Below are positions 47,228 to 57,863 of a stretch of DNA of 64,000 nt, one piece after another; position 1 is the first letter of the stretch; every line of letters starts with the position of its first letter. The position numbers and the translations under genes are program-made. This DNA comes from an uncultured Chloroflexia bacterium. GTDB lineage: Bacteria > Chloroflexota > Limnocylindria > Limnocylindrales > CSP1-4. The notes under the pieces were generated by a model. The model was not told the DNA's origin. It did not search any database and worked only from the letters and a program-made list of their open reading frames with translations. The DNA lies in the NCBI GenBank assembly GCA_963712745.1, contig CAVQJC010000001.1, positions 320,001 to 384,000 of the forward strand. The letters run 5' to 3'.

Positions 47228-48605
47228 TTAATCGAGGCTCTTGAGGTACGTGATCAACTCATCGAGCTGCTGGGGCGTCAACATGTCGAACGGTGGCATC
47301 TCTTCGTCTCTCGGGGTTCTGGATGTATTCCCGGAGGTGTGATTCGCTCCAGCGGGCTCCGGCGCGGGACAGGTCCGGACCCTTGGTGCCACCCAGGCCG
47401 TCGATGGTGTGGCAGGCGGCGCAACTGTTCTGGTTGAGGACTGCGAGGCCCGCCAGGTCGGTGACTGTCATGCCCTCCCTTGGTGGGATGGTAGGCACAC
47501 TTGCTCCCGCGCTAGCTCCCAGGTAGGTCAGCCACCCCACACCGCCGACCACGAGCGACCACCAGGACCATCGCGATAGGTCGCTGCCTGGGATGCCTGG
47601 CGCGCCCTCGGTCGATGAACGGCACGGCCAGGAATATCAGCGCGCCGGCGGTGAAGATGCCGAAGATCAGTAGCGGTTCAGTCGGCCCGGTGATGTACCA
47701 GAGCAACTGGAACATGTCGAGGAAGTACCACTCGGGTCGGGGCACGTAGCTGATGGTGTTGGGGTCTGCTGGCTCCTCGAGCGGGAGCGCCGAGGACCAT
47801 GGCCGCGACGACCACGGCGCCCACGATCACGAGCGCGACGATGGCGTCCTTGAGTAGCGCCTTCCAGAACGGTTTGCCGGCCTCCTTCTCGGCGGCGTAC
47901 TCACGCCGGTACGCATCCCGGCGAGACTCACCGGGTTCGGGCGCCACGAGGGGCGTGCGGCGCGGCGTTGCCGCGATGCCCTGGCGCACGACCATGAAGA
48001 GGTGCAGGCCCACGAGCAGGAGCAGGGACGCCGGCAGTACCCAGACGTGGATGCCGTAGAACCGGGTCAGGCCCACGGCTCCCGAGCGCCTCGCCGCCAC
48101 GCAGGAACTCGATGACGGATCCGCCGATGAAGGGCGCCGATCCGGCGATGTTGGTGCCCACCACGGTGGCCCAGTAGGCCTTCTGGTCCCAGGGCAGCAG
48201 GTAGCCGGTGAAGGCGAAGCCCATGATCACGAACAGCAGGCTCGCGCCGACGACCCAGCTCAGCTCACGCGGATACTTGTGGGCGCCCCAGATGAAGACG
48301 CGCAGGGCATGCAGTCCGACCAGCACTACGAGCAAGCCGGCCGAGGCTCGATGCATCGAGCGCACCAGCTCGCCAAAGGGCGTCTGGTCGATGTAGAGGA
48401 CGCTGGCATAGGCGTGGTCGGGCGACGGCACATACGACATCGACAACGTGATGCCAGTGACGATCTGGACGACCAGAAGAACGAGGGTCGCGCTGCCCAG
48501 CGTGTGGAACCAGTTGATGTTGCCCGGGACGTGGCGGTCGAGGAAGGCACTGAGCAGCTCGTCGGTGCCAAGCCGTTCGTCGAGCCAACGCGCCACACGC
48601 GTCAT
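47228..48605 (-). CDS. Fused cytochrome b6 + subunit IV + cytochrome c (indels)
   Basis: Heme b His motifs RSMH/LH and IH/LH, GYLLPWDQKAYWA, PRPEWYF, C-terminal CAACH and MP. Confidence 0.85.
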
Positions 48606-49263
48606 CCTTCTGGTTCCGACGGTCAGCAGTGCGCGGAGTTGGACTCTCGCCGTTCTCGACGCGCGTCTCGTAGACGTCCATGCGGCGCGGGGGCGGACCA
48701 GCGGTCGGGTAGCCCTCCGGATCGAAGGCACCACCGTGGCAGGGGCAAAGGTACGAACCGGAGCCCACCGCGTAGCGGACCGGGCAACCGAGGTGCGTGC
48801 AGTGCGGGTCGAGGACGGTGGCGTTGCTATTCGCCCTCCCGCAACACGAAGACGCCGACAGGCTCGACTCGCTCTACCCATCCGTCCTGGATCGAGACGA
48901 TCGACGGTGATGTACTGCGGGATGCCCAGTTCGTAATCGTCGAGAGGACCAGCGGACGACCACTCGTCCGAGCGGAGCGCCGGCGATACGGTCTCGGAGA
49001 GGAGTCGCCTGGGCAGCGTGCGAGAGCCAGCCCGGGAGCGGTCATGAAGGCGAGTGCCGGGATCGCCACGATCGCAGCCGCGATGCACTGAGGACCGCCA
49101 TGAGCGCGAGAACGAAGCCACGTCGCGACAATCGCGGCACGGGTCCCGTCGTGGCCGGCTCCGGTGGTGGGGCCGGTTGCGTCTTCGAGACGGTGCCTTG
49201 ACCTTGTCGGGCGAGACCGACCGGAACTTCCGGTCTTGTCCGTGATCGGATCGACGTCCACAG
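48602..49263 (-). CDS. Rieske 2Fe-2S subunit (indels; start uncertain)
   Basis: SRRGF twin-Arg anchor, CTHLGC, CPCHGG, GPPPR. Confidence 0.85.
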
Positions 49264-49353
49264 CTGCGCGCCCGCCCTTTCCAGCGATGTCGAGAATAGG
49301 CCAGTCGCGCCGGGCCCAGGAGGGGCAGATGCGGCGCGACTGGCGAGAGACGG

Positions 49354-50229
49354 CTAGTTCAGGGTGACCTCGATCCAACCACTCTCGGCGTTGGTGAGGT
49401 GTCCGGGGTCAGACCAGCCCTCTGCGTGCTCACGTGGATCCCACCAGGCGAGCACGAGGGAGGCGATTCCGCCAGCCTCGAACTGGGCATCCTGCGGGTC
49501 GCCGGTGTTCAGTGGCCGCGACATCTCGAACGTCCAGGTGCCATCGCCGCCGATCTCGGCAGCGCTGTGGCTCCAGGCGCCGGCGAGGCTGTTCTCGGCG
49601 GCGTCGTTGGCGATGTCGCCACCACCGTCATCCTCACGCATCGTCGGCGTCGTGGCGTACTCGTCGTCGAAGTTGCAGGCTTCGTCATTGCCGCCCGCGA
49701 CACCCTGGCCGCCGGTCAGAACGCCGGGTCCACACTCGAGCTCCCAGTGCCAGATATCGACCATGCCGGTGCTGGTGAGCAGGTCTTCTTCTTCAGCGCC
49801 CATGTGGACCGCCGTGGCGGGATCGATCCACGATTCGACGGCGAGCGCCGGCGATAGGTGGGCATCATCGGCCACGTAGTCGTATGGGGTCGGCACTTCG
49901 ACCAGCACATAGACGTTGTCGGCATCATTGGCGACAGCGATCTGCACATCGATGGGGTCGACTGGGCCGACCTCGGCAGCTTCGTCAGCTTCGAGGATGG
50001 AGGTGTCGTACTGTTCCAGCGTCACCGTCGTGCGCGCTACGTCGGCCCAGTCCGATGCGTCGCCGTCCACGGTGATGGGTACAGCAGCAGCGGTGATGGC
50101 GAATCCGGCCCCACCCTCCGCGTTGTCTTCGTCAGTCTGCGCCGCGACGCCCGCGGTAGAGATGGCTAGTAGCCCCGCCGCCGCCATGGCAGACAGGAAT
50201 GTGGACCTGGATCGTCGCATCGGTATCAC
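49354..50229 (-). CDS. Secreted DOMON-like/ethylbenzene-dehydrogenase-gamma-like heme-binding protein
   Basis: Signal peptide, ITVDGDASDW, HMG, VDIWHW, WTFEMSRPL.T.D..D, C-terminal GH. Confidence 0.7.
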   Translation of the reverse strand: MIPMRRSRSTFLSAMAAAGLLAISTAGVAAQTDEDNAEGGAGFAITAAAVPITVDGDASDWADVARTTVTLEQYDTSILEADEAAEVGPVDPIDVQIAVANDADNVYVLVEVPTPYDYVADDAHLSPALAVESWIDPATAVHMGAEEEDLLTSTGMVDIWHWELECGPGVLTGGQGVAGGNDEACNFDDEYATTPTMREDDGGGDIANDAAENSLAGAWSHSAAEIGGDGTWTFEMSRPLNTGDPQDAQFEAGGIASLVLAWWDPREHAEGWSDPGHLTNAESGWIEVTLN

Positions 50230-50293
50230 CTCTCGTGATGAGCATCTCGGGATCCACGTGTCCGAGACCCGTGGTCACCCCGTGGCCACCAAA

Positions 50294-50347
50294 ATGCTAG
50301 GACGGGAGGTGTCGCGAAGGCGTCAGCGGCGTGTCTCGATCGTGTCA
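50294..50347 (-). promoter_or_regulatory. Four 11-bp-periodic G(T/C)GTC direct repeats plus -10 TAGCAT: OmpR/PhoB-type activator site
   Basis: GTGTCG 50309, GCGTCA 50320, GTGTCT 50331, GTGTCA 50342; -10 at 50294-50299 on the minus strand. Confidence 0.65.
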
Positions 50348-50404
50348 AAAAGACCGAGCAGTGCATAGCCGCGCGTTCTTGCCTGTGCTACACCTGTTTT
50401 GACC

Positions 50405-51548
50405 ATGGCGATGTTGCGAACGTCCCTCAGCACCGGTTCCGGGCTGCGCTTGTTGCGGCTCGTGCGCTGGCTGCTGCCCCTTGTCCTTGCCTTGGTGGCC
50501 GTCGTCTTCGAGTTTGGCGAGCATTTCCAGGAGGGTGCGGACGAGCTCGCACCTAGCGGCATGGCCGAGATCGTGGTCTTCGCAGTGGTCGGACCAGTGG
50601 CTGTCTTCATCACGCTGGTCTGGGTCGAGCGCCTGGTCACCGCGTATCAGGAGACCTCGGCTGAGCTGGCCGGCCGTGAACCAGGATCTGGAGGCTCGCA
50701 TCGAGGAACGCACGGCCCATCTTGCGGTGACAGGGACCCAGCTGCGCGAAGCCAATGCGGAGCTGGCTCGCGCAAACGAGGAGCTGCGGCAGCTGGATCG
50801 ACTCAAGTCGGAGTTCGTTTCACTTGTCTCACACCAGCTGCGGGCGCCCCTCACCAACATCAATGGCGCTCTGGAGATCGTGGCCCAGGATGCCGACGAC
50901 CTCCCAGCACGACACGCAACGCACGCTGCGCATCCTGGTCAGTGAAGGGAAGCATCTGTCGTGGCTGATCCAGACCATCCTCGACGTGTCCAGGATCGAG
51001 GCCGGACGTCTGCAGCCACGTCTCGGGCCGGTCGCGCTGGGACCGTTGCTGGCTGAAGCCTGTGCTGCGACACTCGCTGGCGAGCCCGAGGCCGGCCGCA
51101 TCGGCTCATGGTCCCGGAAGGCCTGCCGCCTGCGATGGGCTGACGAGACGCTGCTTGGCGAGGTCGTACGGAATCTCATCGAGAACGCCATGCGCTATTC
51201 ACAGACTGGCACGCCGGTCGAGGTGGCCGCGAGGTACGACGGGGACGGGCTCGTGATCTCGGTGACCGATCACGGGTATGGCGTGCCATCGGAGGAACAG
51301 GAGCGCATCTTTCGCGTCCTTCCATCGTGTCTCCGATGGCGACAGACGACGTCAAGGGTTCCGGATTAGGCCTCTATTTCGCCGAACGACTGATGCGCGC
51401 GATGGGCGGCTCGGTCGAGGTGAAGAGCCCCGTCTGGCCAGAACCGCACGCGCCCGGAGCTCGCTTCAGCGTTCGACTGCCGATGGCCGACGATGTGCCC
51501 GACGAGGAACAGGATCACCTCGATGAGCCTGGGCTGGTGGCCGGCTGA
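50405..51548 (+). CDS. Two-TM sensor histidine kinase (indels)
   Basis: KSEFVSLVSHQLRAPLT H-box, NLIENAMRYS, DHGYG, GSGLGL. Confidence 0.9.
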
Positions 51549-52245
51549 TGTCACGCATCCTCGTCATCGACGACGATCGATCCCTGCTCGAACTTCTGTT
51601 CAGACTACCTGCGGCGCCAGGGCTTCGACGTCTCGACCGCATCGTCGGGTCAGGCTGGGCTTGGCGGCGTTCTCGGAGCAGGGCTCCGACCTGGTGCTCC
51701 TGGACGTGACCATGCACGGACTCGACGGCTGGCAGGTGCTGGCGCGGTTGCGGGAGCGATCAGCCGTGCCCATCATCATGCTGACGGCCCGGAGCGAGGA
51801 ATCCGAGGTACTGCGCGGTTTCTCGGGCGGAGCCGACGACTACGTCAGCAAGCCCTTCAGCTTTGCGCAGCTCGTGGCGCGCATCGGGGCCGTGCTCGAG
51901 CGGGCCAACCGGTCTCACGGCACGGCCATCGGGGTCTTGCGGGGCGGAGACCTGGAGGTCGACGTGGACCGCCATCGGGTCTACCGCTCTGGCGAGACCA
52001 TCGACCTTACGGCGACCGAGTTCAGGATCCTGACGGCGTTGCTGCGCGAACAGGGCCGGGTGCTGTCGTTGCGCGAGCTGGTGACCGAGGTCTGGGGTGC
52101 CGACTACGCCGAGGAGACCGGCTATGTACGTCGCTATATCTGGCACTTGCGACACAAGATCGAGCCCGACCCAGGTCGACCTCGCTACATCCTCAACGAA
52201 CGCAGCATCGGCTACGTCTTCCCGGCGGATGCGGACTTGGCGTGA
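51548..52245 (+). CDS. OmpR-family response regulator (indels at the 5' end)
   Basis: ILVIDDD, LLDVTM, IIMLTA, GADDYVSKPF, LTATEF, LRHKIE; TGATG coupling to the kinase. Confidence 0.92.
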
Positions 52246-52702
52246 CTACGATCGCGACATCAGCGTGAAGCGTCGATGCTGAGATACGGACAGCGTGAGG
52301 ATGCCTGCTCGGGTCACCAAGGGAGGGCGTTTCGTGCACGATGACGTGGCGCGCCCGGTGAGAGCAAGGCGTGGGGTAGTCAAACCGTTTCCGGACGGTT
52401 CCGTTAGCCGGGAGTCGCTGCGGAGGCAAGATGCAGTTCACCTAGATGATCGCGACCACAACGATAAGTTCCAAACTCGCTCGGGATGGTGGACCATGCC
52501 GCAACGAGACTCGCTCATGGCGCCAGGAGAGAGACGCGCGGCTGTCTCGTTGGATGCAGTCCGTGCGGCACGGCTGCACAATTGACCCACCAGAGCAAGC
52601 GAACGAGTCTGCCGGTGGGCGACACTGGCGGCGGGGAGTTGGCGTGAGCAGTTGGAGGCCGGCGTGCAGGACTCGCGGCGACGTCAACGATAGGGGGCGC
52701 TG

Positions 52703-53869
52703 TTGAAAACAGAAGTGCGGGTCTATCGAGGACATCACGGCCTGACGGAACTCCGCGACCCTTGGCGCGGCCTCGTGGATGTGATGACCGACCGCAGCTT
52801 CGTCCACGCCTATGAGTGGCACCGCAGCTTCCTCGAGACCCAGGAGCCCGATCCGGAAGCGACGCTCTTCGTTACCGTTTCGATCGATGGTTCGCTGGAA
52901 GCCATCCTCCCTTTGCGGCCGGTGCGGCTCCTGGGCAGCCTCGGTCGACGCGGCCTCGAGGTGCCTCTGAACCCCCACGTGCCATTCACTGACATCGTGG
53001 TCAAAGACCCCGAACGACTGCGCGCTGTCATGCCAAGCGTGCTGAGCTCGCTCGCGAGGGAGCTCGGGTTCCAATGGGACTACATCGCGCTCCGACGCAC
53101 GCTCGGCGACTCTGGAGCGGCGCGCTGCCTTCGCGACGTGCCTGGCTTTCCCGGCCTGGTGAGTGAGTGCGGTCAGGTCCACGTGATCTCGCTCGAGTCG
53201 TACGAGGCGCTCTTCAGCGCCCTCTCGAGTCGCTTTCGCAACAATCTGCGACGCGCTGCCAAGCGGGCGGAGACGCTAGGAGACATCACCTACCACACCG
53301 CGACAAGCCCCCAGCAATGTGACGCGCTCTTCGCCGAGTTCCTCCAGGTGGAGGCCTCTGGGTGGAAAGGCAAAGAAGGAACGGAGTCCGCGATCGCTCT
53401 ACACGCTGAACTGCGTCAATTCTACGCGGCGTTGGTGAGCCGCTTCGCCGTCCACGGGCAATGCCGCATCGACGTCGTGCGACATGCTGACCGACCCATC
53501 GCAGCAGCCTTCCACCTCGTGATGGACCAGACCCTCTATGGCTTGAAGATCGGCTATGACGAATCCTATGCGCAGATCGCGCCCGGCAACCTGCTCCACT
53601 GGTACATCTTCCGCAGCGCCTGCGAGGATCCCCGGCTAGCGACGTTCAATACGACCTCTGGCGCGGCGTGGCACTCGCAATGGCGTCCCCGCTCGGTCGA
53701 GCTCCTGGATATCGTCGTCGTCCGCCCCGGCCTCGCGGGCACTGTCGCGAATGCCGAGCAACGCGTCCTTGAGCATGCCGCCGACTACCGACGTCGGATC
53801 GCTCGACGCTGGTTCGTGAACGAGCGAGGGCGACGGCGGCCCACCTGGAAGCCACCACGACGCGCGTGA
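52703..53869 (+). CDS. GNAT family protein (CelD/BcsL-like)
   Basis: LSSRFRNNLRR, EASGWKG, KIGYDE..APGNLL. Confidence 0.82.
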   Translation: MKTEVRVYRGHHGLTELRDPWRGLVDVMTDRSFVHAYEWHRSFLETQEPDPEATLFVTVSIDGSLEAILPLRPVRLLGSLGRRGLEVPLNPHVPFTDIVVKDPERLRAVMPSVLSSLARELGFQWDYIALRRTLGDSGAARCLRDVPGFPGLVSECGQVHVISLESYEALFSALSSRFRNNLRRAAKRAETLGDITYHTATSPQQCDALFAEFLQVEASGWKGKEGTESAIALHAELRQFYAALVSRFAVHGQCRIDVVRHADRPIAAAFHLVMDQTLYGLKIGYDESYAQIAPGNLLHWYIFRSACEDPRLATFNTTSGAAWHSQWRPRSVELLDIVVVRPGLAGTVANAEQRVLEHAADYRRRIARRWFVNERGRRRPTWKPPRRA

Positions 53870-54079
53870 GCCTGGCACCGTGCCCCGACGGCTCAGCGCT
53901 GCCAAGCGTGGCCAGGCACCCGATGACCCACCCCTCCTCCGAGTCGCGGGCAGCGCCAGATTGACGAGCCTACGTTCACTCACGGCGCACGCGCGGCCAG
54001 ACTGGGCGATAATCCTGTATCGGTCCTCTGACGATCAACGAACCGTTCCTGCCTTGCGGAGCGTTCGAATACGACCGGG

Positions 54080-55351
54080 ATGGTGAGACGCAGCGGGAGG
54101 AGAGTCACGAAACGCCACCTCGCACTCCTCGGTGGCACCACGTCGTATCCGGACTGCCTAAACGCACTGTGGTGTCTCGCCCGCCCCACATCGCTGGTCG
54201 ATGGACCCGCGACGGATCGCTTCGAGCGTGAATTCGCCGACTACATCGGCGTTTCCCACGCCATCAGCTTCACTAGCGGCCGAGTCGGTCTCTATGAGAT
54301 CTTGCTAGGCCTGGACATCGGCGAGGGCGACGAGGTCCTGATCCAGGTGCCCACCCACATCGTCGTGGCCAACGCGATCCGCTACGCGGGCGCCCAGCCG
54401 GTCTACGTGGACTGTCGCACCAATTCATACAATCTGGATCTGTCCCACGCCGAAAGTCTGGTCAGTCCTCGGACCAAGGCGATCGTCCTGCAGCACACCT
54501 ATGGGATCCCTGTCGATCTGGATGCCGCGCAAACATTTGCCGATCGACATGGCCTGGCGGTCATCGAAGACTGCGTCCACTCGCTCGGCGCGACGTTCAA
54601 GGGTCGCCAGACCGGGAGCTTTGGCAGGGCGTCCTTCTTCAGTACCGAAGAGACCAAGATCATCTCGACCACCCTCGGTGGGGTCGTGACCACCGATGAC
54701 GACCAGCTGGCGACACGAATACGCGACGCTCATCGAGATCAATGCCACTCGCCGAGTCGGTGGCTAGTCGCGCGCTACCTCGTGAAGTTGATCGCGTACC
54801 ATGTGATGACCGAACCCGTGATCCACCCGTACGCTCGGGCGGTGTACGACTTCATCGGGGTTCAACCGCTGCCAACGCCGGTGTCTCGCCAGGAACTCGT
54901 GGGCGAGCGCCCGGCAGGATATCTGGAGCGCTTCAGCAACGCTCAAGCGTCCGTGGGGCTACGCCAGCTACGGCGGATCGAGGAGAACGTCGCCCATCGG
55001 CGAAAGATCGCGGGCATCTACCGGGACCGACTGGAGTCACTGGGCATGGACCGTCTAGCGTCCTACCCCGAACACTCATCCCCGTCGTGGTGTCGCTATC
55101 CGGTCCGCGTGCGGCAACGCGACGTCGTGGAAGAGGCAGTCAGGCCGTTCGCCCAGCCAGGCATCTGGTTCACGTCCGTGCTCGAAGAAGCTGAGTCACC
55201 GGAGGTCGGAGGCTATGTCCAGGGCTCGTGCCCGAACGCAGAGTCCGTGACGGGTCACGTGATCAATCTTCCGACCCACGGCCGCGTGAGCGCGAAAGAC
55301 GCGGAACGCCTGGCAGCGGTCGTCCTCGAGTCCGCAACCCGCGGAGGATAG
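54080..55351 (+). CDS. DegT/DnrJ/EryC1/StrS family PLP aminotransferase
   Basis: GDEV, QHTYG, VIEDCVHSLG, SFFSTEETKIIS, INLPTH. Confidence 0.88.
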   Translation: MVRRSGRRVTKRHLALLGGTTSYPDCLNALWCLARPTSLVDGPATDRFEREFADYIGVSHAISFTSGRVGLYEILLGLDIGEGDEVLIQVPTHIVVANAIRYAGAQPVYVDCRTNSYNLDLSHAESLVSPRTKAIVLQHTYGIPVDLDAAQTFADRHGLAVIEDCVHSLGATFKGRQTGSFGRASFFSTEETKIISTTLGGVVTTDDDQLATRIRDAHRDQCHSPSRWLVARYLVKLIAYHVMTEPVIHPYARAVYDFIGVQPLPTPVSRQELVGERPAGYLERFSNAQASVGLRQLRRIEENVAHRRKIAGIYRDRLESLGMDRLASYPEHSSPSWCRYPVRVRQRDVVEEAVRPFAQPGIWFTSVLEEAESPEVGGYVQGSCPNAESVTGHVINLPTHGRVSAKDAERLAAVVLESATRGG

Positions 55352-55579
55352 TCCAGCGGTCGTCGTGCTGGACCTGGTGGCACGGTAGGGCTGAGCGGCA
55401 CTCCTGACTCGATCCCACCATCTAGCGCTCGATGCCCATGGAGTGCTCGCGGCGAGGTGGTGCCCAACGAACCGCTCACGGTCGCCCCGCATGGCGGTTT
55501 AGTTTAGTAGACATGACTCGGCCCGTTCGGGGCTGAGCCGATCCGCGTTTAGGGAACGAGGAACGTGCCGATCCGTGGA

Positions 55580-55655
55580 TGGCGCGCCCGGCGAGACTCG
55601 AACTCACGACCTTCTGGTCCGCAACCAGATGCTCTATCCGCTGAGCTACGGGCGC
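55580..55655 (-). tRNA. tRNA-Arg with anticodon GCG
   Basis: GCGCCCGTAGCTCAGCGGATAGAGCA-TCTGG-TTGCGGA-CCAGA-AGGTCGTGAGTTCGAGTCTCGCCGGGCGCGCCA; A20 arginine identity element. Confidence 0.92.
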
Positions 55656-55662
55656 CTAAGAC

Positions 55663-55754
<92 letters not shown>

Positions 55755-55952
55755 TCTTCAGCCGGCCGATGGTAGCACGCACCGGACGCGGGCCGAGTAT
55801 CATCGCCTTCCTACTGCTACAGAAGCGGAATCGCACCGCGCTCTGTGCTCGCGTCCGCACGAGCCGGACTAGTCGTGTCGTGCGATCTGGGGAGTTCCCC
55901 AACTCGATCATGAGGCGAGCCTCTCGTGGCTCGCAACCTGGAGACCGTCCAC

Positions 55953-56853
55953 ATGTCCAAACGCGTCGTCCTTCTTGGCCACCCGGTATCCCATTCGCTG
56001 TCGGAAGCGCTACAGCGAGCCGCCTTCGAGGCCGCAGGGGTCGATGCCACCTACGAACCGATCGACACACCGCCGATCGATCTCGCGCAGGCCGTTGCCG
56101 CCCTGCGCGGCGATGACTACCTGGGGGCCAACATCACGCTGCCGCACAAGGATCGTGTGGCCTCGATGGTCGATCGCCTCACTGATGAGGCGCAGCACAC
56201 CGGGGCGGTCGATACCATCACGCGTGACGGCGATCAGCTGGTCGGGCACAACACCGACGTGCTCGGCTTTCCGTCCCGCACTCGACGCGCTCGTGGGACG
56301 CCAGAAGATGCCACGTACGGCGGTCGTGCTCGGCGCCGGTGGCGGGGCTCGCGCGGTCGTCTATGCCCTCATTCGTGCCTCGTTCCAGCACGTCATCGTT
56401 TTCAACCGCCATCTGCACCGTGGCGAGAAGATGATCAGCCACTTCGGGCGCAGCGCGTCTCACATGGAGTTGCGCGCCAAGCCATGGCACGAGTCGGTCA
56501 TCGAGGCGGAACTGGCCAAGACCGACATCCTCATCAATGCCAGCTCGGTCGGGCGCGACCCGAACGAGTCGCCCCTGCCCGCCGAGCTGCTGCCAGCGGA
56601 CATCCTGGTGCTCGATCTGCACTATGTGCCTGAGGAGACAAAGCTCATCCGCGATGCCCGCGAAGCTGGTGCCAAGACCGTCATGAACGGTGACATCATG
56701 CTTGTCGGCCAGAGTGCTGCGGCCTTCGAGCTGTGGACAGGAGAGAAGGCGCCGCTCGACACGCTTCGCAAGCAACTCGAGGCTTCCCGCAATGACCCTG
56801 ATGTGCCGGTCAGCGCCGGGGAGAATGGCGAGCCAATAGCCACCGCCGAGTGA
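55953..56853 (+). CDS. aroE: Shikimate dehydrogenase (indel near 56270)
   Basis: GHPVSHSLS, GANITLPHK, GHNTD, LGAGGGARA, INASSVG. Confidence 0.9.
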
Positions 56854-57863
56854 CCGATAGCACAGCTGGCTCACGCCTGGCGCTGGAACGCGCGTTCGCC
56901 ATCGAGGCCGTCGCGGCAGCCAGCCAGCTTTGCCGTACGGTGCGTGACGCCTTCGATGCGTCCGAGGCGACCTCGAAAGCCGACAGCTCTCCGGTCACGG
57001 TCGCGGACCTTGGCGCCCAGGCCCTGGTCAGCATCGCGCTACGCGAGCAGCTCCCCGGCGACGGGCTCATGGGCGAGGAGGACTCGGGGCCGCTGACCGC
57101 GTCGCCCGAACTGGCGGCGGCTGTACTCGCACGGGTACAGGAGCAGCGGCCCGACGTCGGGATGGATGAGTTGCTCGTCGCGCTCGACCGCTGCGACGAT
57201 CCCGGCGGACCCGGGCGCCGCTGGTGGACGCTCGATCCGGTCGATGGCACCAAGGGCTTCCTGCGTAATGAGCAATATGCCGTCGCGCTGGCGCTCATCG
57301 AAGATGGTGGGGTGGTGCTCGCGGTGATGGGATCGCCCAATCTGCCGCTCCGGGGTGAGCCCGGCGACCCCGGTGCTACGGGCTGCCTGTTCGTGGCTGA
57401 GCGCGGCCATGGCACCTACCAGATGGCTCTCGCAGACGTCGCGCCTGGCATTACCGGACAGCGCATCGCGGTGGCCGAGATCGAGTCCGCAGCCGAGGGG
57501 CGCTACGCCGAGTCGGTCGAGTCAGCCCACTCGAATCAATCGCAGTCGGCGCAGATCGGCCAAGCCTTGGGCATCACCGCCGAGCCACTGCGCCTCGACA
57601 GCCAGACGAAGTACGCGGTGGTCGGTCGTGGTGATGCCTCGATCTACCTCCGGCTGCCACGCGGTGACTACCGCGAGAACGTATGGGACCACGCAGCGGG
57701 CTACCTCATCGTGAGCGAAGCCGGGGGCCGCGTCTCGGATGTGGAGGGCCGGCCGCTCGACTTCAGCACCGGTACGCGCATGACCGACAACCGCGGCATC
57801 GTGGCCACGGTGGCGTCCATCCACGACGAGGTGCTCGCGGCCGTCGCGGCTTCCTTGGGATAG
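56850..57863 (+). CDS. 3'(2'),5'-bisphosphate nucleotidase, HAL2/SAL1-like
   Basis: KADSSPVTVAD, GEED, WTLDPVDGTKGFLR, ESVE, LDSQTKY, VWDHAAG. Confidence 0.88.
   Translation: MTDSTAGSRLALERAFAIEAVAAASQLCRTVRDAFDASEATSKADSSPVTVADLGAQALVSIALREQLPGDGLMGEEDSGPLTASPELAAAVLARVQEQRPDVGMDELLVALDRCDDPGGPGRRWWTLDPVDGTKGFLRNEQYAVALALIEDGGVVLAVMGSPNLPLRGEPGDPGATGCLFVAERGHGTYQMALADVAPGITGQRIAVAEIESAAEGRYAESVESAHSNQSQSAQIGQALGITAEPLRLDSQTKYAVVGRGDASIYLRLPRGDYRENVWDHAAGYLIVSEAGGRVSDVEGRPLDFSTGTRMTDNRGIVATVASIHDEVLAAVAASLG

Larger units (their letters stand above)
52347..55596. mobile_element. ~3.2 kb integrase-less genomic islet at the tRNA-Arg 3' end
   Basis: TGGCGCGCCCGGTGAGA (52347-52363) matches the tRNA-Arg 3' end TGGCGCGCCCGGCGAGA (55580-55596) at 16 of 17 positions; cargo looks more AT-rich by eye. 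Confidence 0.55.
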
